A stretch of 36,312 bases of DNA from Guillardia theta CCMP2712 (taxonomy: Eukaryota > Protista > Cryptophyta). Under the pieces are notes generated by a model that saw nothing but the letters and a program-made list of their open reading frames with translations, was not told where the DNA came from and ran no database searches. Location of the stretch: contig NW_005434547.1 in the NCBI RefSeq assembly GCF_000315625.1, positions 156,571 through 192,882 on the forward strand, given 5' to 3'. The translations under genes were made by a program, and so were the position numbers. Shown in pieces: positions 1-11,590 of this stretch; position 1 is the stretch's first letter; every line of letters starts with the position of its first letter.

Positions 1-49
1 AGCAGGGGCAGGGGCAGGGGCAGGGGCAGGGGCAGGAGCAGGGGCAGGG

Positions 50-126
<77 letters not shown>
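1..126. repeat. (GCAGGG)n/(GCAGGA)n hexamer microsatellite in a CLC intron
   Basis: Directly visible tandem hexamers. Confidence 0.95.
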
Positions 127-161
127 TTCCCTCCTGCCTCGCATGCTCCAGCACGACTTAC

Positions 162-2887
162 CAGACCTCCGATGACGCCGATGAAGGCGAAGGGGATGAG
201 CTCGAAGAGCCTCCACTTGTGATGGTAGGTGATCTCGAAGAGAACCTGTGAGGAGCTCAGCAGAGGCTGAGGAGGAGCTGAGGAGGAGCTGAGGAGGAGC
301 TGAGAAGGAGCGGAGAAGGAGCCGAGGTCCCATGCACTCTCCTCCCTCACCATCTTTCCTGACGGCTGAGGGTTGAGGCGCTGGAGGGACATGGCGGCGA
401 CGGTGGCGCAGAAGAGGGCGCGCCACATGGTTTTGGGGGAAAGTAGAGAGATACCTGTAGAAGATCAGGGAGGAGAGCAGGGAGTGAAAGGAGGAGGGAT
501 ATAAGGGAGGAGGGAGAAGGGATACAAGGGAGGAAGAGAGGAAATAGGGAGGGAGGGAGGAGGAAGGGAGGGAGGAGGGAGAGAGGAGGGAGGAGGGAGG
601 AGGGAGGAAGGGAGGGAGGGAAAGAGGGGAAGGAAGGAGGAGGGGTAGGGAGGAGAGCAGAGCAGATGTGATGAGACGAGAAGGAGGAAGGAGGAAGAGG
701 AGGAGAGAGGGGGAAGGGAGGGCAGGAAAAACAAATGTCACCTCCTCAAAGGAGAAGAGGACTCCTCCAACAGGAGCACCAAAGGCGACGGCGATGCCGG
801 CAGCAGCAGAGGCAGACAGCAGCTCTCTCTTCCTGGCAAGACGGAAGTCAGGGGGGTTGAGGAGAAGACATGACAGGAGAAGAGCAGAAGTTGAAGGAGA
901 AAATTCATGAGAAGACAATGAGGAAGAAGGATGGTGAAGGAGGAAAATTCTTGAGGAGTGAGGGGGAACAGGACAGCAGCAAGAGAGGGAGGAAGATATG
1001 GGAATCATTTCTCCGTGCTCTTTCCATTGTCGAGCCGTTTCAGGGAAAATTGAAGAGACAGGGAATTTGTGAAGTTCACAGAACATCATCACAAGTGACA
1101 AGAACAGCAAACAAGCAGAAAGCAAGCACTAAAGAAAGAAAGATAGAAACAAACAAACAAACAAACAAACAAACAAACAAACAATCAAACAAACAAACAA
1201 ACCTGACTTCGTTGGTCGCAAACTTTGAAAAGAAACGAGACATGACATTGGCAACACAGCAGGAGACATGAATGAAAGGTCCTTCCTTGCCGATGCTCAG
1301 CCCTGACCCCACAGCCAGCACAAGCCCCACACACTTGATGAGGAGAGTCCAGCCTGCGAGGATGGTGAGAAAGAGAGAGGAGGAAGGAAGGGAAGGAGAG
1401 AGCGAGAGAGCAAGTCGAAGAGGGGAGGGCAGATTCAGGGAAGGAGGGGAGGGGAAGAGAGCAGATGAGGAAAAGAGTGAGACAGCCAGGGGAAGGGGAG
1501 TAGGAGAGGAGGAGGAAGCGATGATGGAGAGAAGGAGAACGGGGGAGGAGGAGAGGAGGGGGAAGAGGAGAGGGGGGGAGGAGGAGAGGAAGAGAGGAGG
1601 AAAGGAGGAGAGGAGGAGGAGAGGAAGAGGAGAGAAGGAGGAGAGGAGCAGGAGAGAAGAAGGGTTTGCAGACCTCCCAGGAACTTCTTGATCACGAAAC
1701 CGGATAAGATAACTTTGATCTCTCCGATGCCGGAGGCGACCGCATAAGGTGCGAACACCTGAACAGCGATCACTGCTGCTTACTCGCCCCCTTTCTCTGC
1801 ATTCACTTTCCTCCCCTTCCTCCTCCCCTTCCTTCTCCTGCTCCTACTTCTTCGCACATACTCCATCCCTCTTTTCCTCCACCCTCTTCTCCCTCTCTAC
1901 TTCCCCGCTGTCGCATCCCCATCCCCTCCTCTTTCCCTTCTCTTTCCAACTCCTCCTCTCCTCACTCTCCCCTCTCCGCATCTTCTCCTCACCTTACACA
2001 ACCATGCCGCATATCCTGCCTGCAGCACGGCGATGGAGATGTAGATCACGTAGGAGACGACCTGCTCCGAGCTCGCGTGCGACGCCCCCAGTAGCTGAGC
2101 CCAGGACTTCCAGTTGGAGCAGGATAACATATCGGCGCTGTCCTTGCAGCACATCTGACGCGTTATCCAGAACCCTCGCCCGTAGCACATCCCAAACTTG
2201 ATGTCGTTGGCCCAGTCCGACCCGGTCCCGACCATGGCGGCCAGAGCGCCGCACGTGAACCCGACAGCCGTGAGCGCCAACCAGCTCTGCATGGCATCGT
2301 AGATGTTGAGAAGGACGCGGAAGATCGCGCTCCTCCTGCCTCCTCTCAGCCCCTGAATCCTCCTCTCCCTATCCTTCTCCGCGTAGTAAGTCCAGTCAAT
2401 GGTCATAAAGTCCTTGACCTCGGGCATGGAGTCAAGCTTTGCGTCCTCTACATGCAGCCCGCTGGCAATGTCGAAGCTCTCCGACGCGATCCCTCGGCCC
2501 AGCCCCTTCCTCGAAGGCTGACTCGCCTCCTCGCCTTCCGGGCTCTGAGGAGGAGAAGGATCAGAGGTCATCAAGAAGCAGAAGGCAGTCAGAAGACTGA
2601 AGCAAGGAGGAGAAACACAAGGGGCCAAGGGAGAGAGAGACAGATCATTCGGCAGCCAGAGAGCAGACAATGAGATAGAGGGGAGCAAGAGGGGAGGGAG
2701 GAGGCAGCGGAGGGAGCAGAGGGAGGAAAGAAGGCTATCTTGTTCCATCGCCATGGATTTCTCTTACCTGCGCAGCTCTCGAGGGAATGTCGAGCGGGTC
2801 ATCGTCACTGAAGATCGAGTGCGAGGTTGGAATGTCCTGATCCGGCGGCAGCCCGAGCAGGGAACGGCTGCCCTGCTTCGACGACAT
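162..2887 (-). CDS. CLC: CLC-family (CLC-3/4/5-like) Cl-/H+ exchanger; 3' part continues off the left edge
   Basis: Spliced exons 2887-2768, 2544-1993, 1758-1674, 1353-1203, 832-742, 454-351 and 245-162, all GT-AG. Motifs: [57 protein letters not shown]. The frame needs one extra base (or a -1 shift) at 431-439. Confidence 0.95.
1149..1201. repeat. (AAAC)n microsatellite at a CLC intron donor end
   Basis: Directly visible. Confidence 0.9.
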
Positions 2888-3241
2888 GGCCACCGGTCAC
2901 CAGCTCACGTACCACGAGCCTGGAGGAGGAGATCAGCGAAATGGACGTGCCTCTCAGTTTTAGTATCGCAATGCCCACAGCAACATCCTAGCATGCTCCC
3001 TCCAGGGGCTCGATCCCACTCTGCTCATGCTGGATATCTTGACAATCTGGCATGCCGCGCACGGCTGACCACCTCAGGCATGTTCTCAAGCGCCTCCCCT
3101 CAGCTACTGGTTCCCATGTCTTCGCTACTCTGATCCTTTTCCCATCCATTCACACACCTGTACCTCTCTTCTCTTTCATCAAGCTCTATTCCCCCACGTA
3201 CCAATGCTATTCACGCATCTGTGCTCACATCACCAACGTTG

Positions 3242-3245
3242 CCTC

Positions 3246-3311
<66 letters not shown>

Positions 3312-3345
3312 CTCCTCCTTCCTCCTCCTCCTCCTCCTCCCTCCT
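3242..3345. repeat. (TCCTCG)n then (CCT)n microsatellite
   Basis: Directly visible. Confidence 0.9.
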
Positions 3346-3731
3346 CCTCTGCTCTTGGCTCGCCCTCCCCAAAAACGCGGCATGACTCACCAAAATCCCC
3401 TACCCCCTCCATTGACCCCACCCTTCACATTGTTCTACCTACCCTTTTGAGAAATAATCTAAGTGATTGATAACCCCTGCATTTCTCTGTTTGAACGTTG
3501 TTTATGTAGGGGTACATAATTGATAGTACCCCTACTTTCTGGACCTACCCATGCTCTTCAATCCATCAAAAATGTGGCGATGCAGAATCGGAGCATGGCA
3601 GGAGCAGGAGCAGGAGCATGAAGATGCGGAGGGAGGAGGGAGGAGGGAGGAGGGAGGAGGGAGGAGGGAGGAACTGATGGTGGTGAGGGAAGGAAGAAAA
3701 GAAGAGACAAGAGGATCAGGCATTTTGATGT

Positions 3732-6669
3732 TTACTTCGAGCAATACGCCTTGTGGTACTTGTAGTGACTCTGACAAGAAAGTAAACCCAAGGAGGTCAA
3801 GAAAGCACCAGCTACCTTTTGATGCTGCACATCACAATACCACACCCGCCTGCTCCAAACAAAAAAGCGAGAGATCACAACAACAACCTCGACGAGAACA
3901 ACTCCTTACCTGCACTGAGAGCAACGTAGCAATTGAGCGCATGAAAAGGAAGCAGGGCCCTGCAGTCTACGTCATGCCAGAGAGCAGCGGCTTACACGAC
4001 ACGCACATCAACGAGAGAGCCACAGTACGCGCAAGTCTTTGTGGCAACAAGTTCCCAGCTCCATTCTTCCTCGTTCCCCCTCCCCCTCTGCCTGGTAGCT
4101 TTGGGGTCGCACGCCACTCCGTTCAACGGATGTCCGATCACAGCAGCATGCTGAGCAAAGGTGTGAGCATTGTAGAGAGAGAGCGCCGTCAAGAAACGCC
4201 TTGATACCATCCTCACTACACGCTAGGACAACTCCTACACACTGTCTTGCTCCTCCTCATCATCGTCATCATCAACCCTCGCAATCATCATGGGCAGCGG
4301 CGGCAGTAGCAGCAGCAGCTCCACGGAAACCACCACCATCACCACCAGGAACGGCATCATCGTCATCAACCAGCACAAAATCTCTCCACCTCCTCTCAAT
4401 CATCATCATCATCATCATCCCTCACCTTCACCACCACTCTCTGTACCTCAACCACCACTATCTCTACCTCAACCATCCTTGCTACTACCTCCCATCACCT
4501 GGATGCATGTGTAGTAGTCTCGAGGAGACATCGTCTGGCGCTGTTGCAAACTGGTGAGGGAATCTCCAGCAGAGGAGCAACTCTCTTCTCACCTGCACGC
4601 GATCGAACATTTGTAACGAAACAAACCCTCCCAGCACCTGACGGGAACCGCATCAGAGGCAAAAACAAAGACGCCTGCACCTGCTCACCAGCATCGGCCG
4701 ATCTAGACAAATTTCAAGACCCTGGCAAGAGGATAAGAGACTGTCCAACCCAAAGGGCAGAACAAGGTGCAGTACAGCATCGTCAAAGCAAGGGAGAAGG
4801 AAGCACTACGATCGGGGCATACTCCCCGCTCACTCTCGCATCTAGACCGCACCTTCCGAGTCTGCGGAACACTCATCGTCTCTGTACAGGAGTGCGTCAA
4901 GCCGCTTTCCCCCGATTCCCCCGGCTCAAGGTCCATGGAAGTGGATTTCGCAGCCGGCGACTCGGGCCTCGGGCCTTGGTGTGAGTCCCCCGGGAAATAT
5001 CCGAATCGAAATCTTATATGGTCGGGGCTAGATGCAGCAACGTCAACAGAGCAGCATAGTGGTGATTTTGGCTCAACCTGTAGACAGGCTTGCGCGACGG
5101 GCAGACAGTAGTGTCCTCGGGCTGCGAGACAGCAAGTCATGTCATCGATATGCATTCTCACACAAGAGGATCATTCAATCGGCCACCTGCCACCAGGCTT
5201 CGTAGGGCTGCACGAAAACGTCAGGGCACGAGCGGGAGGATTTCAAATAAACACCTGTACTTTCAGGGCTGTGACCAAACACGCGGTGGATTTCATCTTA
5301 AAGCTGATCCAATCTAGGCCTGACAGGAAGACGAATGAGAACAAAAGACATAACAGAAAACAAAAAAGTCAAAAATCGTGTAACTGACTTGAGGGTTCCA
5401 TTGAAGCTTCCGAGCTCCAGTAGCACGCCCCCGTCCCGCCCGAACATTGGCATTTCTTGAAATGGACAGTTACGGACAGGTTCAACTCCACCGCGTAAAA
5501 GAACCTGTTGATCCCCTCTGACCCCCGTGGAGCAGGTAGACGGAGTCAGCACATTCTTTGCCGCCTCTTCATCCCTATTGCATCGCAGTCTCAAACACCC
5601 CCACACAAGTGCACTCGGGCCCACCGGTCTATGCTCGAGGCAGCTATCACTTTTGACAGCAGTTGGATCTCGCTGGATCTCGTCGGATCGCTCCCTTGCC
5701 ATCTCAGCAGCATGACATCTCTGATGAGACGGAAGAAAGCCTTGTATGTCATGCCGTCCTTTCAAACCCTTCACTCCCATGCTAGTAGATTGAGAAGGAC
5801 GCACCTGCCCCTCCCTGGAACGAAAATGGATATCTCCCCGGATGTCTACCAATCCCTGAATCCTCTCAGTCAGAACGTACACATCACCCCATCAGACACA
5901 AAGAAGAGGAAAAGTCCTCCGAACAATGACGGCGAGCTGGATGAAGGCTTACATGCAGGTTTGATTGCCAGATAGATTCGGATCGCAGCATCTGGCGGAA
6001 GTGCCGACATGTCATCTCGAGCAGCATGAGAGATTCGAAGTTGAAGTAGGACGAGATGGCTTCCCATGACTCCTCCTACACAGCATGTGTCAGCAGGGCG
6101 TCGTGTGAGGATGCATCGTCCTAGCCATATCCAGGCGGTCCACCTCAACTTGAACAGCATTGCATGCTTTCTCGGCACAACATCACAGTCAAAGATGCAA
6201 AAAGCAACTGAGAGCAAGTCCACAACAATCTTCCATCATCTCATGAATACGTCAATGGGAACCAAAGTGGTAATCGCGCAAAGACTATGAAGATGCATGT
6301 ATTCAAGAATCCGTGCCCTCATACCACCCACCAATCCGCGAGCGTATGATGAGAAACCCATTCCTTATCAGCTCGATGGCAACAGGACGAGGAACATCAC
6401 GAGCAATACGAGAAGATGAAATCTATGACGAAGAGGGCAACAGCAGCACACAGCAAGAGACAGTACATGGGCTCTGTGAACGAGGTTGTGCGAGTGGTGG
6501 GATGATGAAGACATTCATGCTGAGGAGGAGATGGAGCAAGATAAAAGGGATGGGTGATGATGGGTGAGGCGAGGGAGCAAAAGCAGAAGCAGGGAGATGG
6601 TTGTACATGCCCGAGGGATCAGAGGTCGCTCACCTGAAGGCACTGCATGACCCTCCAGGCCTCTGCCAT
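3732..6669 (-). CDS. Multi-exon F-box protein (At4g00755-like) with C-terminal MYND-type zinc finger
   Basis: F-box-like exon EESWEAISSYFNFESLMLLEMTCRHFRQMLRSESIW (~6077-5952). Family-like blocks follow in order: IAASSIDRDEEAAKNVL, CYWSS, LDWISFKM..LKVQPYEAWWQ, HIRFRFG, LGGFVSLQMFDRVQ|RQTMSPRDYYTCIQ|HAAVIGHPL. Then CAYC..RCSQCRRVWYCDVQHQKSHYKYHKAYC*, split over exons ending 4007, 3959-3910, 3849-3816 and 3770-3732. The start (MAEAWRV, 6669) and some internal exons are uncertain. Confidence 0.75.
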
Positions 6670-6694
6670 GGCTGGCTCCCGCTCGGAATGCAAC

Positions 6695-6835
6695 TTTTTG
6701 TGCTGTGAGTTATAATCTAAAAATAACTTATACTATTGGAATTTTAGTTTGGAATGTTATTGTGTAATATGAAACTTTTAGCATGACATTTTTCATTTTA
6801 GAAAATTAATGAAATATATATATATATACAATTAC
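6695..6835. promoter_or_regulatory. AT-rich tract between divergent genes (candidate bidirectional promoter)
   Basis: Strongly AT-rich, includes (TA)n, lies between ATG 6669 (-) and ATG 7034 (+). Confidence 0.4.
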
Positions 6836-7033
6836 TCACCATTTCATCTGTACCATAATACCTCACTTCCCGTACAAAACCTCGAATCCACATCACCCGA
6901 AGCCCTTGGCCCCTCAGCCCCGCACATACCATTAGCCTCATACCGCCCGCCAAATGGGATCTCGTGCCTCAGCCCCCCACAGCCCTATTGAGGCCCCCCT
7001 CATCCCCCGCACCTCCCTGAAAGCCCGCGGCGC

Positions 7034-7888
7034 ATGCTGCGCTCCTCTGCCTGTGTGGGCAGCCTGTCGACTGGCATGCGGAGGATGCAGGTAGGGGCTT
7101 ACCCTACCATCTGCTCATCCTCCTTCTCCCCGCTTGCCTCCTTCCCCTCCTCCTCCCGTCCTCGCTCCTCTATGTCCTGTTCGTCGGCCATCCCTGTCGC
7201 AAGGTCCAGGTTTCCCCGATCCCGTGTTGCGGTAGTAGCGCAGCCATGCAGCCCCTCGTCGAGCTCCTCGTTTCCATCCTCCTTATTGCTTTCCTCCCGT
7301 TCCTCTCCCGAATTCAGTCGGTCAAGGCTCCCTCTAGCCTACAACACACCACTGCGACTGCACTTGGGCTGTTTGTCGGTACATGAAGTGGTAGGAGGAG
7401 GATTTCTGGCTGTTACTAGGTCGCTTTCCCTCCCTGTCCTTCTTCCTCCTGACGTCTCATCAGCCAAAACGTCGGGGGTAGCTTGAGGACAGGGCCCTCA
7501 AGATTTTTCAGCACAGGTGCTGCAGCGCTTTCATATGGCCATGTCTAATCTGTCTTTTCCTCTGTGTATAGACAATAGCAAGAAGGAGGAAGAAGGAGAG
7601 GGAACTACGGACATCATTAATCCTAACATTGCTGAGATATCTGCAAAGTACTTCCCACTGCATAACAGAGGTAGGAGCAGGACTCTGCTGTGGCTTTCAG
7701 TTGACTTGGAGCAGGGAACAACGCTTTCGATCTTATGTATCTTCTTGACTGTTGGGGTATTGGCTGGAGGTAAGCCGTCAATTGAATTCTCTGGCAATGT
7801 AGTTTGTCGTTGAAATCGTTTGCTCCTCCTTGCTCCCTTTTGCTCTGTACGCCACCGATGTGCAGTTGTGACCCTGATCTTTTTGTGA
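7034..7888 (+). CDS. Small protein with C-terminal transmembrane helix and possible mitochondrial presequence
   Basis: MLRSSACVGSLSTGMRRMQ|GTAGGG first exon (R/S-rich, no acidic residues). Later exons give DNSKKEEEGEG..YFPLHNR|VDLEQGTTLSILCIFLTVGVLAG|VVTLIFL*. Middle exons are unresolved. Confidence 0.55.
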
Positions 7889-8100
7889 CTGAACCAGTGT
7901 GTTTGTGATTGAGAAGAAGTTCTTTCATCAAAGCCTTGTGTTGTGGTAGCATGATTCAAGGAAAGGAAATGATTTCTTGCATTTAGGATCATACGACAGA
8001 ACTGGATTGGAAAGGAACCTGAGTCCTATTGGATTGTTACAAGGTGCATGATTGATTACAGTGCTACGTGTATTCTGACTCAAACATGTGCAGGGTCAAG

Positions 8101-8553
8101 ATGACGAATAGAAACAGAAGGATATGGGGTAAATTCATATGGAAAGGCCAAATGCAGAACGAAGGAAAGGTGAGACACGAGCGATGTTCTTGCCGTCCCC
8201 TGCCATGACTCGCGAGTGCAGGAGATGCAGATTATTGGTGCCCACAAGAGGCTGTGGCGTCTCAAGGAGGTCTGTACCCTCGCTGTGCCAGCGCCGCCGT
8301 CCAGCCCTGACACGATGCAACAGCCTGACCCATCAGCATCGTCGCTCAGGCCTACGGAGTAAGATCGCTGCGTCATCTCATACAGCGGTAACTGACTTAC
8401 TCCTGCAGTGCGATCCCGCCGGAGACAGAAAGAGCCCTGATTGAGGTGATTCGACCGAGCTTCTTCGCCAAGAACTATGTGCCGCCCAGTGATGATGAGG
8501 AAAGAAAGACGAGACATGTTAAGGTGAAGAAGAGCCAGGACGACGACGATTAG
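8101..8553 (+). CDS. Small basic hypothetical protein (~95 aa)
   Basis: Phase-compatible exons separated by ~50-60 nt GT-AG introns: MTNRNRRIWGKFIWKGQMQNEGK|IIGAHKRLWRLKE|PDPSASSLRPTD|AIPPETERALIEVIRPSFFAKNY...VKKSQDDDD*. Confidence 0.5.
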
Positions 8554-8791
8554 GAGAAGCAGGGAGGGTAAAAAAATGGGATTTGCACGATATCATATCA
8601 GGCGCGTGCACGTCCGTTGATGAGACAAGACCAGCACCGAGTTTTCGCTGTGAATCTGCTAGGAATCTTGTTTGGACGTTTTCATTATTTGTTTTCTCCC
8701 CATGGACATTGGAATGAAGCAGAATAATACCTCGCACTGGAATTTCCCAATACTTACACATTTGAAGAGTTGTTGAGCGAGAGGTAGCAGA

Positions 8792-9780
8792 TTACGAGAT
8801 CGAGCAGCAAGAACTGACCTCCTCCTGCTTCTGCTGGTGATCTACATATGAGTACCTGCAAGACGTTGAGTGTCGAAGCATCGTGGAGACGTTCACTATG
8901 ACTTACCACACTCCAACTGCATACAGAATGTCCATCCTTCCGAGGGCTGACAAGCTTCGTGATCACTTGCGGGAGCAGACAAGCGTCAACAGAAATATAC
9001 CTCCCTCAACTTTTCCATCCTTCCCATCAGCCTTGTCCATTACTTGCTTCACCTGCTCAACGTCACCCAACCCCGACGCAAATTCTTTTACTTCACCTCT
9101 TGGTCGGACGGAGGGATCCCGTCGTTGAGGTCCGTTAGAAGCTTCTTGAAATCCTCGAACTCAAGCTTCCCGCTGCAGACAATCAGGCTGGCCAGCAACA
9201 GCATCCCCCAATGGCTACCTGTGGTCTGTGTCATACTTCTTGAACGCCTCGTCTATCTGATCTTTGTTCTGCAAGTATGCTCGCCATGATTCGATCGCGC
9301 TCTTCCCGCACGTCAGGTCTAAGGGCAATGCACCGCAGTGACGTCATCACCTTTACTTCTTGAAGATCCAGCGTCCCATCCTTGTCCCCTTGTCCCTCCC
9401 TATCGGCAACTTGGTAGATGTGCGTGATCTCCTCGTCGGGCGGACGCACCCCGTCGTTGACTTCCTTCTCAAACTCGTGAGCACCTGCAGCCAAGGCGAA
9501 CATGGCACCTGCAGCAGATCCCCGAACTCCTTCTTGTCCAATTTCCCGTCCTTGCTCTTGTCATACTTGTTCATGAGCTGCAACAAAGACGTTTCTAACG
9601 GATCGATGTGGAAACTGCGCTGTTGGTACCTTCATTATCTTGTACTCCTCCTCCTGCCTTTTCCTCGCCGCTTCATGTCGCTTCTTCGTCGCTTGATTCA
9701 TGGCATGTGCCGCTTTGAGAGCAAGTTAGATAGATCCAAACCAATCAAGATCAGAGCTTACAAGCTGCCGCCGCTGCCAT
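8792..9780 (-). CDS. Calmodulin-like four-EF-hand protein with C-terminal CaaX (CCSIS)
   Basis: Short-intron exons give YDKSKDGKLDKKEF, ADREGQGDKDGTLDLQE, YDTDHSGKLEFEDF and ADGKDGKVEGALGRMD. The last exon, 8855-8792, reads YSYVDHQQKQEEVSSCCSIS*. Confidence 0.85.
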
Positions 9781-11084
9781 GTTGCCTCGTCCCCCTGCTT
9801 ATTCCTTCCCTTGTTCTCGAAAGTTCTTGAAAGACTAACGAGACCAAGATAGATCAGGCTGAATGGAACTCATCGAAATCAAGTGATCATGTAGGAACGC
9901 ATGATGATACAAAGCGAAACAGCTGCTCTTTGCTGAGGCTCAAAGACCCTTCTGCGCATGACTGAAAGAAAAGTCCCATGCAGGGTCGCGCGGAACTCAA
10001 CATGCGAGCATGCCTCTCCTCCTCATATCAATTGATAACCCTGTCGACCTGGCTCTACAGAGCTGTGTACCATCTCACAGAGTCATCCTTCGTCGTTAGT
10101 GTGTCCCTCCTGTAGACTGCCATCTTTCTTCGAAAATTCTTTGAGACTGTCTGTTGCTTTTCTATATTTATCTACACTTCTGCCACAAAATATTCTCATC
10201 CTGTAACAGAAATGTTGATTCTGTTTCTCTTGTTCGAATACTCTCCTCGTTGTATACACTACTTGCATGCTTTCCGCGTCTCCTAGTTCTCTCGTTTCCT
10301 TCTGCGAGTTTTTTCTATCCCTTAGTACATCCACAACTATAATCCCTACAGCCGCACGTTGTGTCAGCATCAGTAAATGTACCTTGTACATAACCATGTC
10401 TCGTCTTTGGCCACTCTGGATGGATGCTACTCTTCATACCCCTTCGCCATGGTCGTCGGTTGGTCATTCTACACAGTTGTCTTCCCTTGCGATTTTCTGG
10501 GTCCTCTACGTCTTCGTCTCGCTGGTGTATCTCTTCTCCCATGGCTCTGCGTCCTTCCACTATCTTTTCTCCTCTCGCTCGCTCTGTCGATCCTCCCATC
10601 TATCAGTTGCTCATAGTTACATCACCCTATCCTACCATCACTGTGCATTCCAAGGACAACCTCTGACCACCCTACCCACTCCATTTCCATGAAAATGTTC
10701 ACTACCCTTTCATGGTTTCATCCCCTGGTACTATTTGTACTGGAACTGATGTACCCCCTACCCCCTACAAAGACATCCCTACACATCTGGAAGGCGACAT
10801 TCCGAAAGTGACCACCACCCCTACAGTACACAACTAGCAACCCCCTGTTCATGAATGACCCACCCCTTCGTAAGAAAACGACCCCCTCCACCCACCATTT
10901 CCCAGTTGACAACAACATACCAGAGTACTACCCCACCCACGTGATATCTTGTCTTTTCCGCATCTAAGCACGGGTCATGAAAAGTTCAAATCCATGCGCC
11001 CATACAAGACTTTTGGGTACCCCCACCCACCCCTTCATTCATGATTATATCAAATGACGGGTTCATTTTTTAGACTCGCACAGG

Positions 11085-11590
11085 CCTGAACGTGACCCCG
11101 GCCGTGACCCGGGCCGCCGCCGACTCCGAGGCTCCGGGGGTCCGGCAGTCCGGCGAGCCTTCACTGATACTATAGTCATACTCACTGCTGCCGCACTGTG
11201 ACAGCTGTGACCGTGCGGACCGTACGGCTAGTACCGTAGCGCCTCCTCGACTCTCCTGATTGTCCTCGTACTGAGTTTTAACTTAACTTTGAGTACAAGG
11301 TCCTTACCGGGCCGTAGCGTACTGTCACTGAGTCCTTCTCTCCCCCGGCTCGGAGGCTCCCATCCCCTCCCCTCTCCCAGGCTTCCTCCCTCCTCCGAGC
11401 CCTCTCAACCCCAGCCGCTGGTTCCGAGGCTGTGAGGCGGCCGCCCCGGGCCCGGGCCGCGGGCCCCGCCGGGCCGGGGCACTGCAGGCAAGTTCGGCGC
11501 CGGAGGGCTGCGGACTCCTGGCCCCCGGCCCGCCGCCGGTCAAACCGTTGTGGTGGCAAGGACTCCGAATCTTCGAAAGAAGGACGGGTA
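11085..11590. other. GC-rich palindromic-word island 1 (non-coding)
   Basis: Dense CCGG/CCCGGG/GGCC, GTGAC, GACTC and GTAC words with micro-duplications (e.g. CGTGACCCCGGCCGTGACCCGGGCC). No credible ORF. Confidence 0.75.

Noticed and set aside
465-1691. Low-complexity ORFs rich in P/S/L or E/R/G
   Set aside because: Translations of purine/pyrimidine-rich CLC introns; only the short embedded CLC exons are real.
5139-5975. Plus-strand ORFs of 82 and 155 aa
   Set aside because: Antisense to well-supported exons of the F-box gene.
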